Assembly: GCA_963733675.1 (NCBI GenBank) | Contig: CAVTET010000001.1 | Coordinates: 256,001-320,000, forward strand | DNA from: an uncultured Methanosarcinaceae archaeon | GTDB taxonomy: Archaea > Halobacteriota > Methanosarcinia > Methanosarcinales > Methanosarcinaceae | Length of the DNA stretch: 64,000 nucleotides | Reading direction: 5' to 3' | In this document: one piece after another, positions 46,603 through 59,426 of the stretch | How positions within the stretch are numbered: the stretch's first letter is position 1 | Layout of the letters: each line of letters starts with the position of its first letter | The notes under the pieces: model-generated | What the model saw: the letters and a program-made list of their open reading frames with translations, nothing else | What the model was told of the DNA's origin: nothing | Database searches by the model: none | Position numbers and translations under genes: made by a program

Positions 46603-47544
46603 ATGATCATAGGCGTAATGGGGCCTGAAGGTTCATACTCAGAAAAAGCTGCAAAGTTGTGGATTCTAAAATGTGGCTTAATTGACGCAGAAATTCAATA
46701 TTTTGCAGACATAGAGGATGCATTTTTGGCGGTAGTTCAAGGAAAATCAGATATTTCAATAGTACCAATAGAGAATTCTATTGAAGGCTCAGTAGGTATC
46801 ACTCTTGACCTTTTTCTCGAAAACGAAGCTTTAATAGTTGGAGAAATTGTTGTTAAAATCGAACACTGTTTGCTTTCTAAAGGTAGGCTTGAGAATGTTA
46901 GGATCATTCTTTCACATCCACAGGGGCTTGCTCAGTGTAGAAACTTCCTGAAAAAATATCTCCCTCAGGCCGAACTTCGGAGCACAGGCAGTACTTCCCA
47001 TGCAGCCAAACTTGCAGGAGAGTTCGAAGAAATGGCAGCAATAGCATCACCTGAGGCTGCAGAGTGTTATGGGCTGAAAATTCTTCTTTCAAACATTCAA
47101 GACCAGAACGAAAACTACACTCGTTTCATTGTTTTGAAAGCTGGGGAAGCCGCGTCATTTGAGCAGGTTCAATATGCTTCAAATGCCAAAAGGAAATTAC
47201 AGTTAGGACTGGAATCAGGGTCTGAGTTCCAGTATGAACGTGGGATAGAAGCCGAGGAGTTTAGCCTTTCAGCTTGCAAAACTTCCCTGATCGTATATCT
47301 TGAAAAAAATAGACATGGGGCTTTATATGATATCCTTGGGGTTTTTGCAAAAAGAAAAATTAATCTGACAAAGATTGAGTCAAGGCCCTCGAGAAAGGGC
47401 CTCGGAGATTACTACTTCTATATCGACTTTGAAGGGTATTCTAACAACGCGGTTATAAAAGATGCCTTAGAGGAAACGAAAACTAAAGTTGATACTTTAA
47501 AATTACTAGGTTCTTATCCTACTTTTAAGAGACCCAATTCTTAG
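46603..47544 (+). CDS. pheA: Prephenate dehydratase
   Basis: GPEGSYS, PIENSIEGSV, SHPQGLAQC, NYTRF, INLTKIESRP. Confidence 0.95.
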   Translation: MIIGVMGPEGSYSEKAAKLWILKCGLIDAEIQYFADIEDAFLAVVQGKSDISIVPIENSIEGSVGITLDLFLENEALIVGEIVVKIEHCLLSKGRLENVRIILSHPQGLAQCRNFLKKYLPQAELRSTGSTSHAAKLAGEFEEMAAIASPEAAECYGLKILLSNIQDQNENYTRFIVLKAGEAASFEQVQYASNAKRKLQLGLESGSEFQYERGIEAEEFSLSACKTSLIVYLEKNRHGALYDILGVFAKRKINLTKIESRPSRKGLGDYYFYIDFEGYSNNAVIKDALEETKTKVDTLKLLGSYPTFKRPNS

Positions 47545-47903
47545 CCTGGAAACGATGGTTTATACTGAACATTTTATCTCATTTCTCATAAATTTCTAAA
47601 ATTTGGAGAGTTCCCACTTAAAAATCAAGTTTTTGAGACCAAAATTTACTCAAAAATAGCTTTAGCCATCTAAAAAGCATATTTTCATGATTTCCATTTT
47701 TTTTACTTAATACTGCAAGATGTAACAGGAAGAACACAAAAATTTATCTTCAGCCTCTTGTTGTCTAATGGAATCGTATCTTAAAGGAAATTGGTTCATC
47801 TTTTTTTATATAATTTCCAGCTTAAATCGTATGCGTGTTTCAATCATAAAAATTTAAAATTGAGTGCCTTAAAAATTCACTATTTTAGAGGATTTTCGAT
47901 TTA

Positions 47904-48774
47904 GAGCCTATCCGAAAAATAATATACTTCCAATTTAAGATCATGTGTGGTAATGACAAAACGGAAAATTGTTCAGGACTACAAAATTTCTGAAGATTAT
48001 TGGGGAAAAATAGAACCTTTACTACCTGTACCTCAGCCAAAAAAGAAGTCTTGAAGACCTAGAAAGGGTGATAGGAAAATAATGAGTGGCATTTTCCGTC
48101 TCCTCTTTACTGGTTGCCAATGGAAAGCATTGCCCCGATTTTATGGAGCTTGAAGCACTGTACATGATCGATTTCAGAAATGGCAATTATCAGGCTTATT
48201 TGAGAGCATGTGGCTGGCTGGTCTTGTCGAGTATGATTTCGAAAAAGGATTAGAATGGGAATGACAATCAATTGATGGTGCTATGACAAAAGCACCATTA
48301 GTTGGAGCTGGAACAGGAGCCAATCCTACTGATCGTGGCAAAAAAGGTACAAAAAGGATTGTTTTAACTGATGGTAAAGGCATATCACTTTCTGTTGTCG
48401 TTGATGGAGCCAATCGTCACGATAAAAAGCTTGTAAAAAGGACTTTAGACGCCATATTCTTTGAAAGATCTTCTCCAGAAGACATAATTCAGAATATGTG
48501 CATGGATAAGGGTTATGATTTCACAGATATCAGAAAATTGGTTGAAGACTATGGTTATACTGCGCATATCAAAAGTCGTGGAGAAGAAAACATAAGAAGA
48601 GAAATACCTGGTTTTAGGGCAAGAAGATGGATTGTAGAAAGGACACATTCTTGGCTGAATAGATTCAGAAGACTCCTTATAAGATGGGAAAAGAAAATTG
48701 AAAATTACCTTGCTATCCTACATTTAGCGTGCGCATTGATAACATTCAGATCAGCAGGACTTTTCGGATAGCTC
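47904..48774 (+). mobile_element. Second IS5-family (IS1031-like) copy, transposase disrupted
   Basis: GAGCCTATCCGAAAA TIR, TTA target duplication; highly similar to 23403-24274; several TGA stops. Confidence 0.92.
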
Positions 48775-49018
48775 TTAAGCACAAAAGGTTATGTGCTTAC
48801 TGCTGTTAGGAACATTAAAAACAAACTGCTGGTAAAATAACCAGTTTTTTTCCATTTGTTCTAACATTTTTTGCTTTACTTTCATTCATTTAAATGAATA
48901 TTAGTATTTGCTTATCTGATGTAATATGATTTAGCTGAATATATTAAGAATTGATATACTATAATTTAATATATTTTAAGTTCTATATTTTACATATTAT
49001 ATGTGTAATTATACTATA

Positions 49019-49084
49019 GAGGATTTTGATAAACCCAAATTTTTAGTTGGTTGCCTATATAATTGGAGGTTTATCGAAATTCTC
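49019..49084. mobile_element. Short GAGGATTT-family MITE
   Basis: GAGGATTTTGATAAACC...GGTTTATCGAAATTCTC. Confidence 0.65.
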
Positions 49085-49511
49085 TACCATTACTCCAATA
49101 CTTACGCATCTGACAGTTCATCCCTCATCCTATATCTATTGGCTTTAAGCTACAATGTACAATTACTCTAATATTTATTTTAATTAATTATACAAAAACG
49201 ATAGTTTTTAAATAAAACTCACTTCCCAAAAAATGTTTTAAGATCAAATAATAATTTTATATTAGTGATGCTTTCATTATTTTTGGGGATTTCATAACTT
49301 TAGGATTGAGTTTTTTCCTAAAAAAACAATCCACATGATGCTTGGCTAAATTCCAGGTTTTAATAGTCAGACAATAGTTATTATCAACACCATGGGATTA
49401 AAATAAAAATTTTTATATATTGTATCGTGTCCTTAGTTCTTTTAACAAATCTAAAAAAATGATTTTCGAGCTTTTATCAGCTACTACGACGTTAATTGGA
49501 GTCAGTGTGAG

Positions 49512-52500
49512 ATGAATAAAAACGTAAGAAAATCTGGCATTGATATTATTGGAGACGTTCCATGAGAAACACACTTTTGCCAATTTTATCAAACCCAAGA
49601 AGATTTGATGGAAACCTTGGTACCCTATTTTAGAACAGGGTTGGAAAATAACGAGCTTTGTATATGGGTCACATCAGAACCCTTAGATGCGGAAGAGGCA
49701 AAAAAATCCATGAGAAAGGCTATTCCTTATTTTAATACTTATCTTGAAAATGGACAAATAGAAATTATTCCTTACACTTATGTGACAAATGGTGTTTTAG
49801 ACACTAAGAAAATCTTGAGCGGGTGGTTTGAGAAAATCGATCCGATCCTCGCTACTGGATATGATGGCTTGAGGTTGAGCATAAACGCTTTTTGGCTGGG
49901 GAACAAAAATTGGAATGATTGCATTAAATATGGGAAAAAATAGATAGATCCACCGGTAAACAGAGGATAATTTTTTGTACCTATTTCCTGGATAGATGCA
50001 ACGCAACCGAGATTATTGAAGTATCCTCCTACCATCAATTTTCTTTGATCAAAAAGGAAGGTAAATTGGAGAACATAACTAATCTTTGGTGGAAGAAAGC
50101 TGAAGAAGCAGCTCTTCGATCCATAAAAGATTGGGAAAATACCTTTGATTCTATCCCAGACCTGATAGCCATAGTCGACGACAAATATCGATTTATTCGT
50201 GTAAACAAGGCAATGGCGACAAGATTGGGGATGATACCAGAAGATTGTGTAGGATTAACTTGTTATAGTGTTGTACATGGGGCATATGCCCCCCTCTTTT
50301 TGTCCATACCAGCAGTTGCTTAAGGACAAGTTTGAGCATATTAATAAAGTTCACGAAGAGGCATTGGGCGGCTATTTCCTAGTAAGTGTCTCACCACTGT
50401 ATGATTATGACGAGAAACTTATTGGATGTATCCATGTTGCTCGTGATATCAATGAATGCAAACAAGCTGAAAAGGCGTTGCAGGAGAGCGAGGAGAGATT
50501 CCGTTCAGCTTTTGATGAAAGTGCAGTCGGTATGGCATTAGTTGCTCCAGATAGTCTACTCTTGAGGGTTAATGATGCTTTCTGTCGATTGCTCGGGTTC
50601 AAAGACTATGAACTTAAAGGCCGTTCATTTCTTGATTTCAGTCACCCGGACGATGTGCCTATAAGCTTATTGGCTCACAAGGCAGTCTTTAATAAAGAGA
50701 GACCGTTTTTGTGGCTTGAGAAGCGGTAATCTCAATAAGGATGGACAAATTATTTGGTGTGAAGTGAGTTCTTCCCCGGTATTTGATTCTAAAGGCTGCA
50801 TGATCTATACGGTCGCTCATATCCAAGATATCACTGAGCGCAAAAAAGCAGAAGAAATTATTAGATTGTCAAATATTTATAATCGCAGCTTAATTGAAGC
50901 TAGCTTGGATCCTTTAGTAACCATGGGTATGATGGTAAAATTACTGATGTAAATGAAGCTACAGAAAAGGTCACTGGTTATTCAAGGGGTGAACTCATTG
51001 GCACCAACTTTACGAACTATTTCACTGAGCCTGAGAAAGCCGAAAAAGGGTATCAAGGAGTGTTCAAGGAAGGATTTGTGTCGAACTATGAGCTTGAAAT
51101 TCAGCACAGGAGTGGAAAAATTACACCTGTTTTATACAACGCTTCAATTTACAAGGACGAATTTGGTGAGATTATTGGTGTTTTTGCTGCAGCACGTGAT
51201 ATTACTGAACGCAAGCGAAATGAGCAGGAGTTATTTAACACTAAAGAGTCTTTGGAAGCACTCCTGAAGGCATTGCCTATGGGAATCAGCTTCTCAAATG
51301 ATCCGACCTGCCAGATTGTTACTGGGAACCCTGCATTATTGACTCAGTTCGAGGGTGGTACAGAAGACAATATATCAGCCTTTGCGCCAAAAGACGAGGC
51401 ACTCGGTCGACAAGTACGTTTTTTCTTGGACGGTAGGCAGATCGGTGATAGGGAGCATCCTATGCAGCGAGCCGTCGCCGAGAACAGGGTGATTCCACCC
51501 ATGGAACTAGAGGTACAGCTGCCTAGTGGACGGTGTTGGTTTACAGAAATCTCTGGGGCACCCATACACGACATGGAAGGCAACGTTGTCGGCGGCGTTG
51601 CCATAACCGTGGATATTACACAGCGAAAAAAAGCAGAAGCTAAGTTGAAAGAAACACTCGACAATTTAGAAAACTTAATTAAAAACGTACAAATGAACTT
51701 GAAGAAGCTTGTATATCATTGAGAAAAAGTAAGGAGGGTCTTTCTGAAGCTCAAAGAATAGCTCACCTTGGAAATTGGAATTGGGATATTGTAACAAATA
51801 GATTATTTTTGTCAGATGAAGTTTACCGTGTTTTTGGACGCACTCCTCAAGAACTTGTAAGTTACGAAGATTTTATCAACTATTTGTATCCAGAGGACAA
51901 AGGCTATGTAAAGAATGCCACTAAAAGAGCTTTAAAAGGAGAGCCCTATAACATTGATCATAGAATTATTTTAGCCAATGGAGAAGAACGTATAGCCAAT
52001 GAGCAAGATGAAGTTGTTTTTGATGAAAAAGGTCTTCCTATTCGAATGGAAGGGACAGTCCAGGATATTACGAAGCGTAAAGAAATTGAAGAAGCTCTGA
52101 TAAATGTTCAGAAATCCCGCAAAAAGGAAATTCACCATAGGATTAAAAATAATCTTCAGGTTATCTCATCCTTTCTTGATCTTCAAGCTGAAAAGTTCAG
52201 AGGCAGAAAGAATATAAAGGACTACGAAATCCTAGAAGCCTTCAGAGAAAGCCAAGATAGAGTGAGATCTATGGCTCTTATTCATGAGGAACTATATGAT
52301 GGTAGAGGAAGCGACACAGTGGATTTCTCATCATACCTTGCGAAACTTGTTGAGAACCTTTTTCAGATATATAGACTCGGAAATACCGATGTCAGCTTCC
52401 ATATGGAGATCTGGAAGAGAACCTTTTCTTTGATATGGATACTGCTGTCCCATTGGGAATGATTATTAATGAACTCGTTTCCAATTCTCTCAAATATGCA

Positions 52501-52770
52501 TTTTCCGGCAGAGTTAAGGGAGAAATTCGAATCAAACTTCGTAGAGAAGGGCACAAAAAAGATAGTTTTAATGGCACCTGTTTTACTCTAGAGGTCACAG
52601 ACAACGGCGTTGGCATTCCTGAGACCATTGAAATTGAAACTCTTAATAGTCTCGGATTTCAGCTGGTAACCATCCTTGTAGACCAATTAGATGGGAAACT
52701 TGACTTAAATAGGGACAATGGGATGAAATTCGCGATGAGATTTACGTTAAACGAAAATGAACGAGCATAA
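49512..52770 (+). pseudogene. MEDS-PAS(n)-HisKA_2 histidine kinase pseudogene
   Basis: RKSGIDIIGDVP*ETHFCQFY (MEDS), several PAS/PAC motifs (ARDITERK), EIHHRIKNNLQ, DNGVG; multiple stops and frameshifts. Confidence 0.9.
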
Positions 52771-53001
52771 ATAATATCCTATGCGTAGTTTTTTTTGTGT
52801 TAAAATATATAAATTTCCAAAGTTCTACACGAAATAAGAATAAATTGTTGATCTATGACTCATGGAGCTTATGGGACTCATAAAGCATATTTAGCTCATG
52901 GAATTTTTTAATTTGAAAACGTTTTGACCTTCAGCGATATAGGAAATATAGAGTTAGTATTGACAAAAAAGTTGAGATAAGCTCAAAATCATAATTATCT
53001 A

Positions 53002-53118
53002 CAGGATTTGAATAGTTGAATTGAAATCAGTAGCATTAGAACCTTGAATTGTCTGAAACATAGTTTAGCTATAAAGTCAATTATATGTGATTTTTTCACC
53101 GCAAATATGTAAACTTAC
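53002..53118. mobile_element. Degenerate TAGGACTT-family MITE
   Basis: GTTGAATTGAAATCAGTAGCATTAGAACCTTGAATTGTCT matches the core of 55311-55428. Confidence 0.55.
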
Positions 53119-53229
53119 AGATAGACAAGGAATTTTACGAGCTGAAAAACAACTCTAAATGGTAAATAATATATAGGAATCCTATTAAGTACTTTTCTTA
53201 TAAGATAAATTCATTAGGAGGAATTAAAT

Positions 53230-53460
53230 ATAGCTGATAAGTCAGATAAAGTTGTTGAAAGTGTTCTCGGACCTTATTATTGTGATTATGAATGTATAGC
53301 ATGTCAGTTATGTGTGGATACTGCACCAACGAACTTCAAAATGAATGATGATAATTCAAATTCCTACGTATATAAGCAGCCTGAAAACGACGAGGAAAAA
53401 AAAGCTTGTGAAGAGGCATTAGAAAACTGTCCTGTTGACGCGATAGGAAACGATGGCTAA
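53230..53460 (+). CDS. Single-cluster ferredoxin with ATA in place of the start codon
   Basis: AGGAGG RBS; (M)ADKSDKV..YYCDYECIACQLC...CPVDAIG; not in the ORF track. Confidence 0.85.
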   Translation: MADKSDKVVESVLGPYYCDYECIACQLCVDTAPTNFKMNDDNSNSYVYKQPENDEEKKACEEALENCPVDAIGNDG

Positions 53461-54039
53461 AAATAATTATTTTTAATATACAGTTTCTTTAATTTTATTC
53501 ATTGATGATTTAGGATGATCCATCAATAATGAATTAATATTTATCCAGAAAAGTCTCATACCTGTTCTCTATATTCCATTTTCTACACAGTTCATTTTTT
53601 ATTTTTCTATGCAGGTAAGCTTAGAAAACTAGTATATTTGAACAAAGTGTATTCTATGATGAAATATCAATAAGCTAATTTGGAACTACAGAAAACGAAT
53701 ATTATATAAAATTAATCTATATTTCTTTTTAGGAAAACGACAAATATTAAATTTATGAAGATTTCCTGGAGTAGTATATACAGAATTAATATTAAATTGT
53801 TGTCTGATTTTAAAATATTTTGTGATGAAGTAACTTTTATTCAGAAATTATTTTTCGCACAATTAAATAAAAATAGCTAAGCTAATTAAGATATATTTAA
53901 TGAAAATTAATCGGTTAAAAAAGTGAGAAATAACCGGTAGATATGTAGATAAAAAATTGTTTAGAAGTCGTTGGTCCTATTTATCCGAGACTTGTATCTG
54001 GATTACATGACTTACGAACACTATAATGTTTCTGGATGT

Positions 54040-54943
54040 AAGAGAAAAGATGGGTGATTTTGATGTTTTACATGGGCACGATTGGCATCCAATAATTGTC
54101 CTCTGAAGGATTAAAGCTCAGTTAGAGCTGTCCTTTGTGTTAACTTTTCACAGCACTGAATGGGGACGTAATGGAAATATTTACGGGGACTTGTGGGAGG
54201 CTAAGGAAATATCTCATAGGGAGTGGCTCGGAGGGTACGAATGTTCTGCTGTGATTACGACCTCGGCAATATTGAAGAAAGAAATTCAGCAAATTTATAC
54301 AATTCCAGATTACAAGTTTTGGGAGATTCCTAATGGCATAAATGTGGGGAAAATAAACAGGAAAATTTATCCAGGAAGTATAAAAAGGCGCCATGGCCTC
54401 CATCAATATCTCACAGTAGTGCTTTTCATGGGGAGGATGGCATATCAGAAGGGGCCTGACTTGTTGGTTGAAGCCGCGGCAAGGGTCTTGAAAAAAATAA
54501 TGCACAATTTGTAATCATTGGAGAGGGTAGAATGCGCTCTCACTGTGAATATCAAGCTAAGAAGCTTGGGATTGGTAATTCCTGCAATTTCCTTGGGTAT
54601 GCTCCGGATGAGATCGTGATAGACTGGTTTAATTCCTGTGACCTTGTTTGTGTACCTAGCAGAAATGAACCCTTCGGAATTGTTGTGCTTGAAGCCTGGG
54701 ACGCAAGGAAACCGGTAGTTGCAAGCTATGCAGTAGCACTTGTGGATAACTTCAAAACAGGTGTTATTACTCATAAAGAATCCTCTTCTATTGCCTGGGG
54801 ACTCAATTATGTCCTTGAAGGACTTGGACGTAACAGAATGGGGAAAACGGGCATGATCTTCTCAAAAAGAGATATAACTGAAAAACAATATCTGAAAAGA
54901 CCTTCGGAGTATATGAAAAAGTAATTGAAAAAAAAATCATGTA
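54040..54943 (+). pseudogene. GT4 glycosyltransferase pseudogene (5' part missing)
   Basis: HGHDWH, HSTEWGR, IPNG, GRMAYQKG, PSRNEPFGIVVLEAW; stop and frameshifts. Confidence 0.85.
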
Positions 54944-55310
54944 ATGTAAACTGATATAAGGACAAACTCAAATGAAGAAGTTTATGTGAGAAATAAGCCT
55001 GAAGTAAAATTTAATAATTGATCTGATTAGGTGTTTTTCTGACATCTTCAAGTACATACTTTTTTCTACTAAACTTAAATGCGAGGTTGGACTAAGGAAA
55101 GCCCTACAAAAAAGACATAAAGATTATTAGATTAGCTTTTTTCGTATGCTATGCTTTTTTATTCCGATGTTATAAAACTTCGAGCAACTTAAGCCGCAAT
55201 AATTATGTTTGCAACTACAATTGATTTTAAAAAATGTAATTAATTAGTGAATTAACTATAGTTATTCTAACCACATCTTAAAAGTTCAATAGAGAACATG
55301 AGAACCAATC

Positions 55311-55428
55311 TAGGACTTACGCGGTTGAACTCGAAAATCAATAGCATTAAACCTTCAATTGTCTAAAATGCAAACTTAAAAGCAGTGTTTATTGTGCTTT
55401 ATTTTGTACTTCAAGTGCATAAGTCCTA
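55311..55428. mobile_element. Best-preserved ~118-bp MITE with TAGGACTTACGC / GCATAAGTCCTA ends
   Basis: Terminal inverted repeat; homologous copies elsewhere in the window. Confidence 0.85.
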
Positions 55429-55645
55429 TACTATTTATTGTAATGGAATGGTAATAAAAAAGAAGAGTAAAGGGGGGATAGAACAAATTTTACAGAAAAT
55501 TATACGCGCTATCGACAAATCAAGATTCAGATGCTTATGGATTTAAATAGCTAATTCCCAAGACAGAAGATTTCACAAAACAATAAATATCTATATTATT
55601 GTTTTAGCTAAGTTAAAATTTTTTAGAAGAACAAACCTATAATGG

Positions 55646-56819
55646 TCATAAAATATCTAATTCAATACTAGCAACACAGTAACCTGAAATACAGAGAAGA
55701 TAAGCCCTGTTGACTAGTTCAAGCATATTCTGATTTTCCCGCTCTATTCTTATTCCGCAAGCAAGGGACAGGTACTCAGTAAGGTCAAAAACCCTTATTT
55801 TCTCATCTTTTCCAGCCTCAATGAGGTTCTGCATACAACCCCCACAATTCGTGATGATTGTATCACATCCCAGCTTTTCTGCAGCTCTGAATCTATCCGA
55901 TGCCATGGAAAGGGATTCGGAAGGATAGTTAATTCTTACTCCACCTCCAAAACCACAACACGCTGAGTTTTTAGGAGTTTTATTGGCAAGTTCGGTTCCC
56001 TCGATTTTTTCAAGCACATTTCTTGCTTCTTGATAGACTCTCATTCCCCGGGTCAAGTGGCAAGGATCATGATAAAAAATTTTGTGATTAAGAGTAGTCT
56101 CAGGAATCAGTTTACCGTTTCTTAACAGAAGTTCTAGATATTGGGAAACGTGCATGACCTGGAAATCAAGTTTTCCAAACATCCTTGGATATATGTCCTT
56201 AAAAGCTTTGAAACATCCTGGACAGGCAGTTATAATAATTTTTGCTCCTCTTTTTCGTACTTCCTTGATATTTTGCTGGCCGTTCTTGTGGATAGGACTA
56301 GGATTACCAGCACCTGCAGATACAGCTCCACAACAGTACTCAATCCCACTCAGAATAGTATAATCGACCCCTGCTTTCTCCAAAAGAGCAACTGCCGCTT
56401 TCACCATGCTGGTATTGATGTAGGTACCTGCGCAACCTGGGAAATAAGCTACAGAACCGAGACCATTTTTATACATGGGAATCTCACTCATTTCAGCGAT
56501 TTTTTTGAATATGTTATTTTGAGCATTCGGATCCACTATGGTTTGTCTGTCAGTAAGACCGTTTTCAATTATCCACTTTTGTCGGGCAGGAGAAATAAGT
56601 GGCTTGATTCCAAGTCCTTCAGGACAAGCGCAGGTGCAAAGTCCGCAAGTGAGACAGCGAAGAAGAGAGCCGGAATCAATGTCTGAATTTCCTTCTAAAT
56701 ACTTGCAGAGTTTTTCAATTAATTTGTGATCATTATATCTAGGGCAGACTTCAAGGCATTGTCCACAATATGTACATTTTTCCCGGTGTTTTTTTAAGAT
56801 ATCTATTTTTCAACTCCAT
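55646..56819 (-). CDS. HdrD/GlpC-like Fe-S protein (2x[4Fe-4S] plus two CCG domains); +1 A frameshift near the start
   Basis: CTYCGQCLEVCP and CLTCGLCTCACP are in frame upstream of the annotated GTG; YCCG, ACPGC, HDPCH, CCGFGG. Confidence 0.85.
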
Positions 56820-56826
56820 ATCTTCT

Positions 56827-56948
56827 TAGGACTTGTGTACTTGGAATACAAAATTAAACATAATAAACAATGTAGTTTAAATTTTCCATTTTAAACAATT
56901 ACAGATTTAATGCTATTGATTCTCAAGTTCAACTGTATAAATTTTACA
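56827..56948. mobile_element. TAGGACTT-family MITE (reverse orientation)
   Basis: TAGGACTTGTGTACTTGGAATACAAAA...AATGCTATTGATT..TTCAACTG. Confidence 0.7.
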
Positions 56949-56951
56949 TTA

Positions 56952-57908
56952 TTAAGGATTCTCATTACAATACATACATGGCGTCGACGATATTGAGCAG
57001 GAGTTGTTCAGGCATCTACTCTGCAAACTTGTTATCGCTTTCCAGCCTGTATAGTGCATGGGTACAATGTAATCAAGCTTGATTTTTTTCATTTCGTCAA
57101 TTGTAGGCTGAATTATATGGTCAAAGAATTGCCCTGTCAGGTGAAAGCCTCCTAGAATTGCATGAACCTTATTCGTCCTTGTAATTTTCTTAGCATAATC
57201 GATTGTATTGATAATTCCTGTATGAGCACAATCGCTAATAACAAACAATCTCTTTGTTCTTCAGTTTTATTTTCAAGCTTGATCATCCTTAAAAGGATCA
57301 ATAGTCCAGTTTCCATCGATTTTTGCTTCAGCCCAGAATAGTTCCTTTCAAATGCTGTTGTTCGTTTCACCTCTCATGTAGTATGAATAAAGCTATTTAC
57401 AATCTGTAAAGTTCTTTTCAACGTTATGGGAAAAGCTCCTGCTTCTATCAAAATACCTTCATCGAGTGAAGGTATTGTGACAGGATGTCCAATTGAGGGA
57501 TTATTCGTGCAGCTTTCAAGAAAAGCGTCATGATGGAGATCAAGAGGGACTCCTTTATCTCGCTCTTTACCTATAAGTTTCAAGAGCTCGACAAGTCCAA
57601 GAAGATGATCAAGATGGCCATGGTTCAGGATAGCAGCTTTTATTCCGCCAAGAACAGCCTCTAAAAGCGCTGCATTATCAAAAAGCAGGCTTGTGTGACT
57701 GCAGCATCCAAAAGTACGATACGTTCCTCAGCGACTGCATAAACTTTAATCAGGCATGAAAGTTCGTGTTCGACGAGGAGTATTCTATGGACGGGTAATT
57801 GCAGTTTTCTACATATATCGGTATTTTCTGTTACTAACCTTGGCGTGTGAACATCGATTAGAATGTTACTTCCAACCTGTCAGTTTCTCGAATACTCAGC
57901 TCATCCAT
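56952..57908 (-). pseudogene. MBL-fold metallo-hydrolase pseudogene
   Basis: EHELSCLIKV, LNHGHLDH, CAHTGIINT, LGGFHL, PMHYTG; frameshifts. Confidence 0.8.
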
Positions 57909-57965
57909 AAAAATATCTGAGTTTATCTGGGGTATGGATTTTCATTTAGTTGAAATATGCTTGTT

Positions 57966-58069
57966 GGGACTTAAGACTTGAGATCTAAAATTAAGTACAA
58001 TAAACACTTTGGTTTAATGAGTTTAAGGTTTAATGCTATTGATTTCTCATTTCAACTGCATATAGTCCT
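57966..58069. mobile_element. TAGGACTT-family MITE (reverse orientation)
   Basis: GGGACTTAAGACTTGAG...AATGCTATTGATTT..TTCAACTGCATATAGTCCT. Confidence 0.7.
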
Positions 58070-58267
58070 GCGGATTAAAATTCGATTTCCTTGAGATATG
58101 GCTTAATCACTTTTCGGTGTGCGCTACATAACCAGCGAATACTTTTCCACATTCATTGCACGCAAGATATGTGGCACAGAATTGTGTTAGTTGCTTCAAA
58201 GTGAGAGCATTTACATTTCCATTTTGAAGGGGATCAAATTGTTTCTACCATAATCTCAACTTCTATT

Positions 58268-58353
58268 TGGTGAGAGAGGTGCGATTTGAACACTGAACTC
58301 CTACAAGATCATACTCTCAATTTGATGCTTTTGGCCTGTTGAGCTACTCTCGC
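58268..58353 (-). pseudogene. Degenerate tRNA-Leu(GAG) gene
   Basis: Reverse complement GCGAGAGTAGCTCAACAGGCCAAAAGC...TTGAGAG...CTTGTAGGAG...GTTCAAATC...CTCTCTCACCA; long variable arm, mismatched stems. Confidence 0.7.
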
Positions 58354-59426
58354 ACACTAATTATTCTTCAACCAACTTAATGCAACTATGTAAAATAACA
58401 TGTGTAGAATAGATATTCTCAAAAGTAGTGAGAATTCCGCAAATTTCAAGTTTTTTCCGAATTTTTTTATAGAAATATGAAGTGGAAACAATATTTTTAT
58501 GTTATCAATCACCTTAAAATATATACGAAAGAATGGCAAGTACGACAAAAATTATTGCAAGCCACTTCGCAATATTCATAGATAAGCCTTCGATTCCTTG
58601 TGCACCCAATATATATGTAACCAATGCGAAAACCAGTAAAATTACAGCAAGTCCTATCAAACCAGGCACTTTTCACTCCCCCAATGTATTTAAACAATAA
58701 ATCAGTTGCTAGTGAATTTCAGGAGAAAAAAGTAGAAACTCCTGAGTTATTATTTAAGAAATAATTAATTTTTATGTCCTATCTGTAATTACAATTCATG
58801 TTTGTTCCATCTATTATGTCTCACAATAAGGTTTATATCTATACTGAGATACGCAGATATTGTTCTTCGTGAGTTAAAGATTATTTATCCTTATCAAAAC
58901 CTTCTTCTTTTTCCAAATACAATAGTTATGTTATTTTGAATATATCGATAGAGACTATATAGTGTTATTCTTTAACAACTTCACTAAAATATAACGTAAA
59001 AAACCTGATAAATAGGTAAATGAATGAGTGATAAAATATAGATCCTATCTTACTTGAAGCTGAACATACGAAATTTCAGGCCAGAGCCAGCACAGGAATT
59101 TCCTGATATTATCCTTTTCATTCTTCATATACCATTTTTATAGCATATCTTGCAAATTTTTTCCATTCTATATACTGCGTGAACTTTTGTAATTTTTCAG
59201 GCAGTTGATTATGATTTTATCTATACTTGGAAATAGGCCTTTTAATTTCCTTTTTATGAAAATGTTTCAGTGGCGGTCTATCCGCCAGGAAACTGCTTCC
59301 TGTTTTTGCCAAGGCTATAGGATCAAAACCATAACGCTGACATTGAGGATCAATTAGATTTTGAATATAAAAAAATTGTTTTTATCCGTATCATTTTTAG
59401 GTAGGAAGAATAAATCATATGGAATT

